From Octopus bimaculoides (lineage: Eukaryota): 64,000 nt of DNA. The stretch covers positions 49,649,798 to 49,713,797 of the forward strand of contig NC_068999.1 of the NCBI RefSeq assembly GCF_001194135.2. Direction: 5' to 3'. The position numbers and the translations under genes are program-made. This document shows, in pieces, positions 51,863-64,000 of the stretch. A model generated the notes under the pieces. That model had not been told where the DNA came from and made no database searches. It saw only the letters and a list, made by a program, of their open reading frames with translations. The number at the start of each line of letters is the position of its first letter. The first letter of the stretch is position 1.

Positions 51863-52843
51863 TACATATATATATTTATTTATTTATTTATTTATTTATT
51901 TATAGACGAAACATACACAGATAAATCTTATGCACATCATATTAGCGGCCTGTAAAGATGTAGATGAAAAATACGCATACACATACATGAACACGCATAT
52001 GCACTTGCATTTGTCGTGTGTATTGTAGCATTGATACACACCAGAGAGCAAAATGTTCATAATCCGGTTGCTGTGAAAGACACATTAGTAAGCAATAAAA
52101 TTTCTCGCTTCACAAAATGACGGTAAAGGCTCCTGACATGTTGTTTGGCAGTTTTATGTACTATTTCGCTTATCTCTGAAGTGTTTTGCCTCAAACAACA
52201 GCGCGTTGCATTGCTTTGCACATCTTCGTTGTGTGTTCGTTATCTTTGTCTTTCTTCCATCGTTCTGTATGCCTGACTGTTGTTTTTCCTAGTGCTAGGT
52301 GTATTGTGTCTGTATGTATGTGGCATATCTATGTGTGTGTGTGCGTGTGCGCGTGCTTGTGTCTGTTTGTTTGTTTGTGTGTGTATATGTTAGTTGTTGT
52401 GTGTGTTGTGGTGTTGATATCTTTCTATATGCACAGGCATACATGTATACTCATGCCGGCACACATAAATATACAAGTGTATATATATATATATATATAT
52501 ATNNNNNNNNNNNNNNNNNNNNNNNNNNNNNNNNNNNNNNNNNNNNNNNNNNNNNNNNNNNNNNNNNNNNNNNNNNNNNNNNNNNNNNNNNNNNNNNNNN
52601 NNNNNNNNNNNNNNNNNNNNNNNNNNNNNNNNNNNNNNNNNNNNNNNNNNNNNNNNNNNNNNNNNNNNNNNNNNNNNNNNNNNNNNNNNNNNNNNNNNNN
52701 NNNNNNNNNNNNNNNNNNNNNNNNNNNNNNNNNNNNNNNNNNNNNNNNNNNNNNNNNNNNNNNNNNNNNNNNNNNNNNNNNNNNNNNNNNNNNNNNNNNN
52801 NNNNNNNNNNNNNNNNNNNNNNNNNNNNNNNNNNNNNNNNNNN

Positions 52844-52892
<49 letters not shown>

Positions 52893-54064
52893 TGTATGTG
52901 TGTGTTTGTGGATGTGTGTGTGGGTGTGCTCTCTTGTCTATGACACTGCTTGTGTAAACTGTTGATATGAACATATATAATAAATTTCTCTTTATGCTTG
53001 TGTAATTCTCTTCGCAATTTGCGACAAGGTATGCTGATATTTTCGCTTCTCCAAGTTTATGGTGTGTTTGCATATCCACATGCTTGTGTGCATGTGTGTA
53101 TACATGCATACGTACATATATTATGTATGTATGTATGTATGCATGTATGCATGTATGTTTGCATGTATGTATGCATATATATTACATATGCCCCTGTACT
53201 TATATATTCGTGTGTGCGTGTGTATTCACATATATGGTAAAGAAAGATAGAGGTAGATAGAAAGAGAGAAAGAGGGGGAAACAGAATTGAGAGAAAGAGT
53301 GAGGGGGAGAGAGAGATTTAATGTGACAGAGAGGAGGGTGAGTTTGGTGTCCTGTTGATTTGTGATTTTTATTTTCATGTTTGCTCTATGTTGTTTTAAT
53401 CCACGTACGTTGTTAAGCGTGTATATATTTTTGTATGCATGTATTTCATGCATTATTGAAACGTTTGTATGTGAGTATATGTTCATGTGTGTATGGTCCA
53501 TGCTTGAGATTTATTTAAACTCTACTATGCCGATTACAAGCTGGTTCACTAACAAACGAAAAAGTCCTTTTTATTTCGTTTGAAACAGTATTTCTAGGGA
53601 TGGATGGAAATCTGAATGTATTCGTCTCAGTATAATTTTAAGCACAAGTGTTTTCATATACTTCATATTCATGTAATGTGTGTATACACTTCTTTAATAC
53701 ATGAATTGTATGTACATGTCCTATGCAGATATTTAATTGTGTAAATGTAGTTTCCTGAGGATTTTCTCCTACGAAACTCAAACAGGATATTTTACATATC
53801 TTGCAAAACTACCTCGCAGTAAATCTTCATCGATCGTGGAAACATTGCGATGTTTAGTGATTCTTGTATTCACGAGGGAAAGGCATTTAAAAGCATCCTT
53901 ACATATAGCCCAGCCATACACTAAATGGCCGTCACTGATACAGCCTTGTTAATACGGAGTTGTTTGGTACAGCCTCGAACCTTTTTCTTCTTGCCTGTGC
54001 ATCAGTTTGTCTCCTCGTAAATGTAGAGAAGTACTTTTAAGCCCAATGTTCTACGTATATCTTG

Positions 54065-54222
54065 TATCTTTTACTTCAGTATCGGACTGTGGCTGTGCTG
54101 AAGCACTGCCTTCAAGGGTTTAGTAGAACAACTCGACCTGTTATTTCTATATTCAGGTACTTACTCTATCGGTCTCTTTTGCTGAACTGCTAAGTTACGG
54201 AGAAGTAACAAAACATCAGTTG
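54065..54222 (-). mobile_element. SINE family A 3' half
   Basis: TACTCTATCGGTCTCTTTTGCTGAACTGCTAAGTTACGG matches 8748-8790. Confidence 0.75.
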
Positions 54223-54340
54223 AACGAATCGTTAGAACGCCGGGCGAAATGCCGCAAAGCATTTTGCCCGTCTTTACGTTCTGAGTTCAAATTCCACAGA
54301 GATCAACATTGTCTTTCTTCCTATCGGGGTTAATAAGATA

Positions 54341-54606
54341 TGTAGGGGGAAGAATTCACAAAAAGAAACAAAAAAACAAAGACGAAGACAGGTGGTATAG
54401 ACAACAAACAGATGTATTAGTATAACGCTCGAGAAGTCTTTAACGTTTCGAGCCTACGCTCTTCCACAGAAAGGAACACAGAAAGAAACAAAGAGAGAAA
54501 AAAAAAAGAATGTGTAGTGGCTAACGATTTATCATGGCGAATGCCGGACAGAAGGGTCACACAAGAGAGCTAGAAAGAAGGGGAGATAATAAAGTAGTGG
54601 TGATCC
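54341..54606 (-). mobile_element. Penelope-like pLTR fragment (second copy)
   Basis: Reverse complement of 42824-43087. Confidence 0.75.
54438..54473 (-). ncRNA. Minimal hammerhead-like motif, variant core CUGUGGA
   Basis: Minus strand CTTT CTGTGGA A GAGC GTAG GCTC GAA ACGT T AAAG; stem I CTTT/AAAG is perfectly paired. Confidence 0.62.
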
Positions 54607-55164
54607 AAGTACCATAAAAGAACGTTGGGACTGATATGATCAACTTAACTACTTCTGGGCAAGAATATTAAAGCTGCATCTCTCTGCGAAGCGATGACGA
54701 ACTAGTGCGGCAGAGTAGGCTCAAATTCACGGCCTCCACATCAGATCGTGACTGGTAGGGAGAACATTCTGACGCCCTCGTCATGCAGTGCTCTGAGCAT
54801 GGGCAATGCAAATCCAAATCTAAATCAATACGTGTGTCTGTGTATGTGTGTGTATTGTGTCTGTGTGTACGTTATATATGTATGTACACGCACACACACA
54901 TGCACACACACACATGAATATATAAATATAAAATAAAAGAAGGAAAGTGCACATAGTTTACATAGCGTTAATATATTTTAAATGAACGAGTTTTGTAAAC
55001 TGTGTGCTTTTTCCATCTTTTATTTTATATCTATATTTTTTGCATTACTATTCTCCACGCGGGCGTTATCGAAATCCTCTTCCTCTCTTTTCTTACTATA
55101 TAAAACTCAACAGAAATTGTGTTCAAAATTGTTCCCTGGTCATCCTCGGTTCTTCTAATTTATC

Positions 55165-55378
55165 ATAATCCTTTCTTGTATAGGTTCAAAGCCTGAAATT
55201 TAGTGGGAGGGGTTGAGTCGGTTACATCAACCCCAGTACTCAACTGGTACTTAATTTTTGACTCTGAAAGGATGAAAGGCAAAGTCAAACTCGGCGGAAT
55301 TTGAACTCAGAACGTAACGACAAGTGAAATACCGCTAAGCATGTTTTCCAGCGTGCTAACGATTCTGCTGGCTTCTCA
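55165..55378 (-). mobile_element. SINE family B
   Basis: GGCGGAATTTGAACTCAGAACGT...GCGTGCTAACGATTCTGC is the reverse complement of the family head. Confidence 0.88.
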
Positions 55379-55837
55379 TTTATTGCAATGCCAAATCTTC
55401 TGATTTACGACTCTCAGTTTGGATTTAATGCATCATAGTTTGTGTCTAATGACAATTAGTTTACTTGTGTGTGACATGGCCAATGTAGAAATAATCCACG
55501 GGTTAATTATCAGTTTAATTTCCTCTCTCGATCTCTGACAACGATCTGCTGTAAATGGCAGTTTCGTTGCATTAATCCAACGAAGATAATTGTATTGATG
55601 ACAGAAGTTCTTGGGAGCGGCATTGATTACTTGAAAGAATGGATAGTCACCGATGCCAATGTGACTAGCTTCAGAGCCATGCTGTTTACGCACGCGCACA
55701 CGCACATTCTTATCTGTATGCTATGTCGGTTTTAGTTTTCCAGTTTCCTAGCAATGGAAAAAGAACCAAATTCTAAGTAACAAACAAGACCTTTTTATTA
55801 GAATTTAGATAACTGAGATATGTATATGTATATATAT

Positions 55838-55886
<49 letters not shown>

Positions 55887-56320
55887 AGATAACAACAAAA
55901 AAATGAAAGAAAACTTACACAAAAAAGAATAAAAATAAACAATGCAATACAAACAAATATAATAAGGAGCCTGCCTTGAATTCACTTCTCTAACTGAATA
56001 GTGTAAAAAGAAGGCTAAGCATATTTATTTACTCCGAGCTCGACTCTCCAAAACCATGGCATTCCTCTCATCCCTTTGAGTCTTTTAATGCCACCTGTCT
56101 CGCTTTAGCCACCCGTAACACTTAACTTCTCTTCGCATTAGGGCTGCTTATCTTTTGACAAAGTGTAATGTCATGTTATTAGATGCACTTGAAAGCTCAC
56201 TGTAATATCGGTGCTAGATACCACTACCTACTTTCTAGTTTCTGGCACGTGTTTGATGTCTTTTAAATTGGCTTTTCACGAGAACATGTAGAAAGCGAGG
56301 CGAGAGAGAGGGAGAGAGAA

Positions 56321-56363
<43 letters not shown>

Positions 56364-56420
56364 NNNNNNNNNNNNNNNNNNNNNNNNNNNNNNNNNNNNN
56401 NNNNNNNNNNNNNNNNNNNN

Positions 56421-56480
<60 letters not shown>

Positions 56481-56862
56481 GATTATCTATGTGAGGAAAT
56501 GAGTAGATGTGAGAGGGTAGATATTAGTGTACGCAGAAGCACTGCAATGTGACGTTGGCCGTCATTTTATGGGGAATTCGGTTAAAGTACTGGGATATTT
56601 AGGGGTAATTCAGCACTACAACTATAGAAGGTTGTAACAAGTATGACAATGCTGGACTTAGATGGATGTTTTGTAAGGTATCTGGATCTATTACCTTACT
56701 CCCGTCTTTGTTTAAACATTGCCTTTAATCTTTTCAGAATCGCTGATGTATGTAATTGCTATCTACTGGCGCTTCATTCAATTGACTGTACGTATTTAGC
56801 ATTGCACTAAACTTAGAAACTCTAATGAAAATAAATGGTAAAATACTGAACAAATTATCTTT

Positions 56863-56965
56863 CAGTATTTTCTTACGAGCTTTTACGTTCTCAGTTCGAA
56901 TCCAGCCAAGAACAGCTTTGCCTTTTATCCATCCAGGACTGATAAAATAAAGTAACAACCAAGTT
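56863..56965 (+). mobile_element. Decayed SINE family B
   Basis: TTTTACGTTCTCAGTTCGAATCCAGCC...CTTTGCCTTTTATCC. Confidence 0.6.
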
Positions 56966-58094
56966 TTCTTCCTGGCACCACCAGGTGACATACTCGATAA
57001 ATGTTATATGCTTGTAGAATCTTCACGGAGTAATATGCATGGTTTCTAAGTGTCTTTGTCCACTTATTTTTCGAACGACACCATCTTGTTGACTCCATGG
57101 AGCCGAGTCCGTATGTTTTTCCTGAGCATACAGATTGTAAGGACCTGGGTTAAAATACCACAAAGTATTCCGTTCAGTGCTGTATCAATTCCGCCAATCA
57201 ACTACTAATTCCTCTGACTCCGTACTTGATTTTATCGTCTCTACCACCACCACCACCACAACATGCACACAACACACACCGTAGAGGAAAGGTATAGTTG
57301 AAACTTGATCTCAGCTGGCTTTGAACCCACAACATAAACAGCCGGTCGACAAATTATTTCAAGGCATTTTGTCCAACGATCTCACGATTTAACGAATCTT
57401 TCAATTCGTTGCCTCTTTATGAAATCAATATAAACAACGCAGCCCCCACCCCAAAAATCAGTAGCCTCCAACCTGCGTTAGAAATAATTATCCAGAATTC
57501 CGAGCCGTGGTTGACTTGATGGAGCAATTGACACAATAACGCCTGGTATTTAGTTCTTCGCTTCTGGTTGCTAAATCAAATCTCAACACAATACACTTTG
57601 AATCGATAAATAAGTCCAAGATAAGTAATAGTTTCGATTATATCGACCATGCCTCTTCCTCAAAACGTGTAGCTTTGTGTCTATGATAAAATTGAACATT
57701 AAAATTTATTTTAACAGCAACACAAACGAAGGAGTTCGTTGAATTCAACATGTCTACATTTATATATCAGCGGATCTTGAAATAGAGTTTATAGTTTAAT
57801 TGCTGTTATGAAGATTGTTATAATGATGTCTAAACCTGAAGCAGAGTTACAAATTTTATGGTATGACTATCTCTCACTAAATCTAAGCAAGTAAATTTTC
57901 TGTGTTTATTTTATTAATCACAGATGAAAGACACTGTTAGTTTAGTAGTGTTTGCGTTCATAAGGAAGAGAAGCCATAACACTGAATTATGTATAGTATC
58001 TAGTCAATTTACTGAATTTGAACATCCTCAAGGAATCCAAGCTCCAAATGTTTATCGCATCAGCTAACCACTGTTGAATCACCTTCAAATTTTC

Positions 58095-58265
58095 AGCATT
58101 TCGTCCTTCACGCTCTGAGTTCAAATTCCGCCGAGATCGACTTTGTCTTTCATTCCTTCTGGGTCGATAAAATAAGTACATGTTGAACACTGGTATCAAT
58201 ATCATCGATTTAGCGTTTCCAAACAAAATTTCAGGTCTTGTGCCCACAGCGGAAAAGGTTATTAA
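58095..58265 (+). mobile_element. SINE family B
   Basis: CTGAGTTCAAATTCCGCCGAGATCGACTTTGTCTTTCATTCC...GTCTTGTGCCCAC. Confidence 0.82.
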
Positions 58266-58480
58266 GATACCACCCAAGTTAGTGCCTACTCGTCTCCAGG
58301 CCAAACATCACTTTCTCTGCACTCTCTCTGCGCTGCTAAGTCAATGTCAACCTATTACCTAGCCAACACTAAACTACCACTGCCTGGTTGCCACCATACC
58401 ATTGTCAAGTACCACCTAGCTACCAACAAATCAGCCAAGCCTAACATTAAACACCAGCAAGCCACAGGCTGGTCATCATA

Positions 58481-58692
58481 CGAGGGGGTTCTTAAAAGTT
58501 CCTGGCTTTAAGGGTGTCGCGAAAGGCCTGGCTGGAGGTCCAACCTTCCGAATTCCTTTCTTCGAAAAACTAAAGGACCGTTGCAATAAGTGTGTGAAGC
58601 TGAGAGGGGAACATGTTGAATAAAATCGTAATTAACTGATCCTTCTGTATTTGATTTTACCAAGAGCCTGGAAATTTTCAGCCCCAATCTCA
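58481..58692 (+). mobile_element. Mariner-derived MITE (212 bp internal-deletion derivative)
   Basis: TA|CGAGGGGGTTCTTAAAAGTTCCTGGCT ... AGCCTGGAAATTTTCAGCCCCAATCTCA|TA imperfect TIRs; retains the transposase C-terminus KLKDRCNKCVKLRGEHVE*. Confidence 0.8.
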
Positions 58693-59031
58693 TAAAACCA
58701 AAATATAAGCCACTCCCTAGCAACGATCAAACTGTCGCTAAGTCAATGAATAGCCGTCATTGAGACCTCACTTGATTCATTCGAGACTTATCTCAATAGC
58801 ACTCTCTTGATATGGTTGATCTCAAGTGAACAAGAAACCGCTGGAATTCGATCCACGAAACGCCCATTCTCTAATTTCTACATGCAAACGCTTATTGAAC
58901 ATTCAGGTGTTATTTTTCAGTTAAGTGTACAATTATCAAGGTAGACAAACGTTTCCAATTCATTAAACGTATCAGATTGACTGTAACAAACGTGACACAG
59001 TAATCCATGTAGCTATCTACGAATATATATA

Positions 59032-59062
<31 letters not shown>

Positions 59063-59224
59063 TTGTGCACGAGTGTATATATATGTATATATATATATAT
59101 GGACGTGAGTATTTGTGTATGTGTATGTGTTGTAACTTGAGTAGCAGACCTAGGAACAAGGAAAATTTAACTATTTCTCCCAAGATTGTGAAAATAACGA
59201 ACAGCTTTAATTGATTTCAGAGCT

Positions 59225-59399
59225 TATATAGCGTCAACTGGTTAAGGTCAAGCAACTGACAAGCAAACCTGTTGTATTGAGCAGAATATTTTCTGTAGCC
59301 CATCTTTTATACGAAGACAAACCAATGCACATGATATCACTTCCAATCAGTTAAGATCGATCAGGAGCCGTGAGAGCCACTGCCTGGTACTGCATCAGA

Positions 59400-59430
<31 letters not shown>

Positions 59431-59475
59431 CTTCTTCTTCTTCTTCTTCTTCTTCTTCTTCTTCTTCTTCTTCTT

Positions 59476-59548
<73 letters not shown>
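59225..59548 (+). repeat. Unclassified retroposon-like 3' end with (CTT)n(ATT)n tail
   Basis: A complex segment ending GGTACTGCATCAGAA abuts a long (CTT)n(ATT)n tract; only one copy in the window. Confidence 0.3.
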
Positions 59549-59550
<2 letters not shown>

Positions 59551-59655
59551 CGGCAGTAATTACAGAGTGACTTAAATGCCAAGATTGTACNNNNNNNNNN
59601 NNNNNNNNNNNNNNNNNNNNNNNNNNNNNNNNNNNNNNNNNNNNNNNNNNNNNNN

Positions 59656-59713
<58 letters not shown>

Positions 59714-60640
59714 GTGTGTGTGTGTATGTGATAAACAGAGGGAAGAAATAAAGACGTTTAGAGTTTTGTCACAGGAGCCAATATTTGCGTGAGAAAAAGC
59801 CATTTGTAAATACAGCACCGTTTTATATCTCCTTATATTATTTGCCTCCAAACGATGAAGGGTTAAATTACGGTAAATGAGATGTAAACGCTAAGACGTC
59901 GAAAGTGACAACGAAACGCTGTAAAATATTTCATTGCAGCCAGCCTACACGCCATTTCTCTCAATGCACATCGTTTTCTCGTACATAATACTTTAAAAAA
60001 AATAATAACTAACCAATAATACGATAAAATAAAATAAAATAAAACACAGGCATATAAAATTCTATTGAAACAGAGCCTTTTGTATGCAAAAAGAGAAGAG
60101 AAAAATTATGGGGACAATCCTACTTAAAGTGAAACATTTACAATGCAGTAACATTTGCACGTACAAAAAAATAATAATCTGGAATTTTCTTTCTCTTCAA
60201 AGATGATATTCTGAAATTTTCGATGTAACAATGGAAAACTACAAAGAAATGTTTTGTTAACTGTTGAGATTAGCCGATTGTATAGAAGTATGATGTGAAT
60301 TGAAGATATTACACTATCCGAGCTACAAATTAAGTCTTAAAGATACAGGACTTGTCATATATATATATATATGCGCGCGCGCGCGCGCGCGTGTGTGTGT
60401 ATTATTTTCAAGGAGGCTTTCCTCTTTTTTTTTCTGATTTTTCATTGTGCTACTTAAACTGGCTTATTGTTTCCATTGTTCTCGCTCCTTGTTCATATTT
60501 TTCTCTGTTTCATCTCGCTCTCTCTCCCCTCTCTCTCACTTGGTCTTTCACTCATGATCTCTCTTTCACCCTCTCTGCTCTGTCCCTTTTTCTCTCTCCG
60601 TTTCGGAACACATACACACACACACACACACACACGCATA

Positions 60641-60677
<37 letters not shown>

Positions 60678-61020
60678 GTATAATGTTTATATATATATAN
60701 NNNNNNNNNNNNNNNNNNNNNNNNNNNNNNNNNNNNNNNNNNNNNNNNNNNNNNNNNNNNNNNNNNNNNNNNNNNNNNNNNNNNNNNNNNNNNNNNNNNN
60801 NNNNNNNNNNNNNNNNNNNNNNNNNNNNNNNNNNNNNNNNNNNNNNNNNNNNNNNNNNNNNNNNNNNNNNNNNNNNNNNNNNNNNNNNNNNNNNNNNNNN
60901 NNNNNNNNNNNNNNNNNNNNNNNNNNNNNNNNNNNNNNNNNNNNNNNNNNNNNNNNNNNNNNNNNNNNNNNNNNNNNNNNNNNNNNNNNNNNNNNNNNNN
61001 NNNNNNNNNNNNNNNNNNNN

Positions 61021-61057
<37 letters not shown>

Positions 61058-62495
61058 GAGAGAGAGAGAGAATGGGACTGAGAGAGTGAGAGAAAGAAAA
61101 AGAGAGGAAGAGTAAATGGCAGTAAAAGAAATTGACCCACTCACACAGACGGAAAAACAGACAGTAAGATGCATGGATATAGCCAGAGAGAGTGAGAGAG
61201 AGAGATAGAGAGATAGAGAGAGAAAGAGAGAGAAAGAAAGAGCGAGCAAGGCAGAGAGAAAGAGAGGGAGATAACAAAGAATACTTTTATATGCAGAGAC
61301 GCACATATCACATGCACGCGCGCGCACGCGCACACACGTACACACACACGTCCATATGCACGTACTAAGTGCATGTGTACGATTGTACATCTATGTACAC
61401 GTTGACGAACCGATCGACAGAAGAGAAACAGATATATTATAGTAACCACATTTGCTCACGCATACATCTCTACATGTAAATGTCCCCAACTGCCTACCAC
61501 ACCTCCCCCCTCCCCACCCTCCGTCAACTTCCTTATCTTCAAGTTAACCACCACCACCACCACCATCACTGTCATCATCATCGATACCGTTGTCAGTGAT
61601 ATTTTCTTCGCTGATGTACTATTGATGATTATCGTTATGATCATTGTCCAACTTGGTTTAACATTTATCAAGATAATTTGCATTTTTTTCCTCCCAGAAA
61701 AATATGTAAAAAGAAGGGAAAATAACTCGTAATTTTTGCGAAATATTCCACATGCAACACTCACACGCAGACATGGATATAACAGTTTTGTAAGCAAACA
61801 TACACATACATGTAGATACATAAAAGAACACATATATACATTAATGTATATATATATATATATATATATATATNNNNNNNNNNNNNNNNNNNNNNNNNNN
61901 NNNNNNNNNNNNNNNNNNNNNNNNNNNNNNNNNNNNNNNNNNNNNNNNNNNNNNNNNNNNNNNNNNNNNNNNNNNNNNNNNNNNNNNNNNNNNNNNNNNN
62001 NNNNNNNNNNNNNNNNNNNNNNNNNNNNNNNNNNNNNNNNNNNNNNNNNNNNNNNNNNNNNNNNNNNNNNNNNNNNNNNNNNNNNNNNNNNNNNNNNNNN
62101 NNNNNNNNNNNNNNNNNNNNNNNNNNNNNNNNNNNNNNNNNNNNNNNNNNNNNNNNNNNNNNNNNNNNNNNNNNNNNNNNNNNNNNNNNNNNNNNNNNNN
62201 NNNNNNNNNNNNNNNNNNNNNNNNNNNNNNNNNNNNNNNNNNNNNNNNNNNNNNNNNNNNNNNNNNNNNNNNNNNNNNNNNNNNNNNNNNNNNNNNNNNN
62301 NNNNNNNNNNNNNNNNNNNNNNNNNNNNNNNNNNNNNNNNNNNNNNNNNNNNNNNNNNNNNNNNNNNNNNNNNNNNNNNNNNNNNNNNNNNNNNNNNNNN
62401 NNNNNNNNNNNNNNNNNNNNNNNNNNNNNNNNNNNNNNNNNNNNNNNNNNNNNNNNNNNNNNNNNNNNNNNNNNNNNNNNNNNNNNNNNNNNNNN

Positions 62496-62574
<79 letters not shown>

Positions 62575-63476
62575 CGTGTTTACATAAACGGATACATTAT
62601 AGCTGTTACAAATACTGAGAAGTGAATGCATAATGCGATATAACCCGTTATGGATAAAACATCGTAACTTCAATTTGTATATTTACAACCTATTTAATCG
62701 CCGGATGATGAAGCTTACGAGTTTCTCACAGAAAATCAGGACACATATAAAGAGAAATACGTGATGCGCATATACCGTGTTTGTTATTCCTTTTCTATAT
62801 GATCTGCATTATTCAAAGGTCTTTAACTTGATAGCTAAATCAATATCCCGTTCTTTAAATTTCCAGATGCGACTAGATGATGTTGTGACCTTCTTTTCTT
62901 CATGCCTGTAGGAAGTGTAATTACCCTGTAACGTATATTCATCATATTATTGTTTAGTTTTGTAGACGTGACTTTTATATCATATGTTATTGACTTAGTG
63001 TTAAATGACATATTAAATGAGTATGGTTATGTGTGTCTGAATGTGTATATGATCTCAATTAATTTTGTTGGTTTGTACGTTTTAAGATAATTCATTTTGG
63101 AATTACAGCTGTAAATCATTTGAAGCCTGTTTCTAGTAAATATTCTCTGGCGGTAGTTGCTTGGGGAATACTGATTTATTAAGATTATGAAGATCGAAGT
63201 AAAATTGGATTTAACGTTTAAGAGATGGTGAGTTTGTGAACTAGGTGGTGTTGCGGTCGTTCTTAGTATTGGGTGATATTAGGACAGTGTTATATTTGAT
63301 CTATGCGAAAAAACAATTTAACCCTTTGTCTTTCATGTATATCACATATGAAAAACATTACACATTTCCCTGACATCCATTCATCATATATAATACACTT
63401 ACCCAATTTTTTTCAACCACTAAAGTAACTTCCTGTGTAAATTTACTTAACATAACTTGTGTGGAAGACCGTCGTG

Positions 63477-63558
<82 letters not shown>

Positions 63559-63601
63559 NNNNNNNNNNCATATACATGCATACATACATACATACATGCA
63601 T

Positions 63602-63636
<35 letters not shown>

Positions 63637-63784
63637 GGTAGATAGATAGATAGATAAAGATAGACGTATATGCATATATGAGCGTATGTGGTTTTGCGTT
63701 ATTTTTTCCTCCTTCCACTGCTAGACTACAAATTCTGGTTTGTTTACACCCCCGAATCTCAGTAATTGTGTAAAAGGAGTAATC

Positions 63785-63922
63785 AATAGAATAAGTACCA
63801 GATTTTTAAAACAAAAAAAAAAGGCATTAAGGGGTGTGCTCGATCAACCACACCCTTCAAGACGGTGCTCCAGCATGGCCACAGTCCAATGATCGAAACA
63901 ATTAAAAAAATCAAAAGATACA
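63785..63922 (+). mobile_element. SINE family A 3' end
   Basis: ATAGAATAAGTACCAG...GACGGTGCTCCAGCATGGCCACAGTCCAATGATCGAAACA matches the reverse complement of 8635-8760. Confidence 0.75.
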
Positions 63923-64000
63923 AATAGATCATGGAAATATTTCTGACCAGCTCTTAAAGTTCCCACGTAAACAGTAATTAGTAAATTCACAGGACGGCTT

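Larger units (their letters stand above)
54226..54680 (+). mobile_element. SINE family B interrupted by a Penelope-like pLTR piece
   Basis: Head and body at 54226-54340; the body resumes with AAGTACCA at 54607. Confidence 0.75.

Noticed and set aside
53755-53780. CTGAGGA...GAAACTC
   Set aside because: No stem II geometry compatible with a hammerhead.
56035-56290. Possible LINE fragment on the minus strand
   Set aside because: No diagnostic motif could be read; left unclassified.

Overview
AT-rich, heavily gapped eukaryotic DNA, dense in microsatellites and dispersed repeats. The repeat families look like those of a coleoid cephalopod (Octopus-like); this is pattern recognition, not a database result. 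I can support no intact protein-coding gene: nearly all long ORFs in the track are translations of N gaps or of di-, tri- and tetranucleotide repeats, so the window is probably intronic or intergenic. Identifiable content: a full-length dead mariner (DD34D, TIRs, TA duplication), a maT/DD37D fragment, a Tc1 5' fragment, a mariner MITE, two R4/Dong-type non-LTR fragments, an RTE 3' end with a C2H2 finger, about 20 copies or fragments of three tRNA-derived SINE families (my labels A, B, D) and Penelope-like terminal-repeat pieces. The most notable signal is a set of type I hammerhead ribozyme motifs from several unrelated repeat families. One at 347-420 has an intact catalytic core, a perfect 6-bp stem I and a palindromic stem III. 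Others are a two-copy CUGUGGA core variant, decayed relics and a half-ribozyme fused to an R4 zinc knuckle. There is also a near-perfect 64-nt hairpin, a MITE-like fold-back and a few weak candidate exons or regulatory islands.
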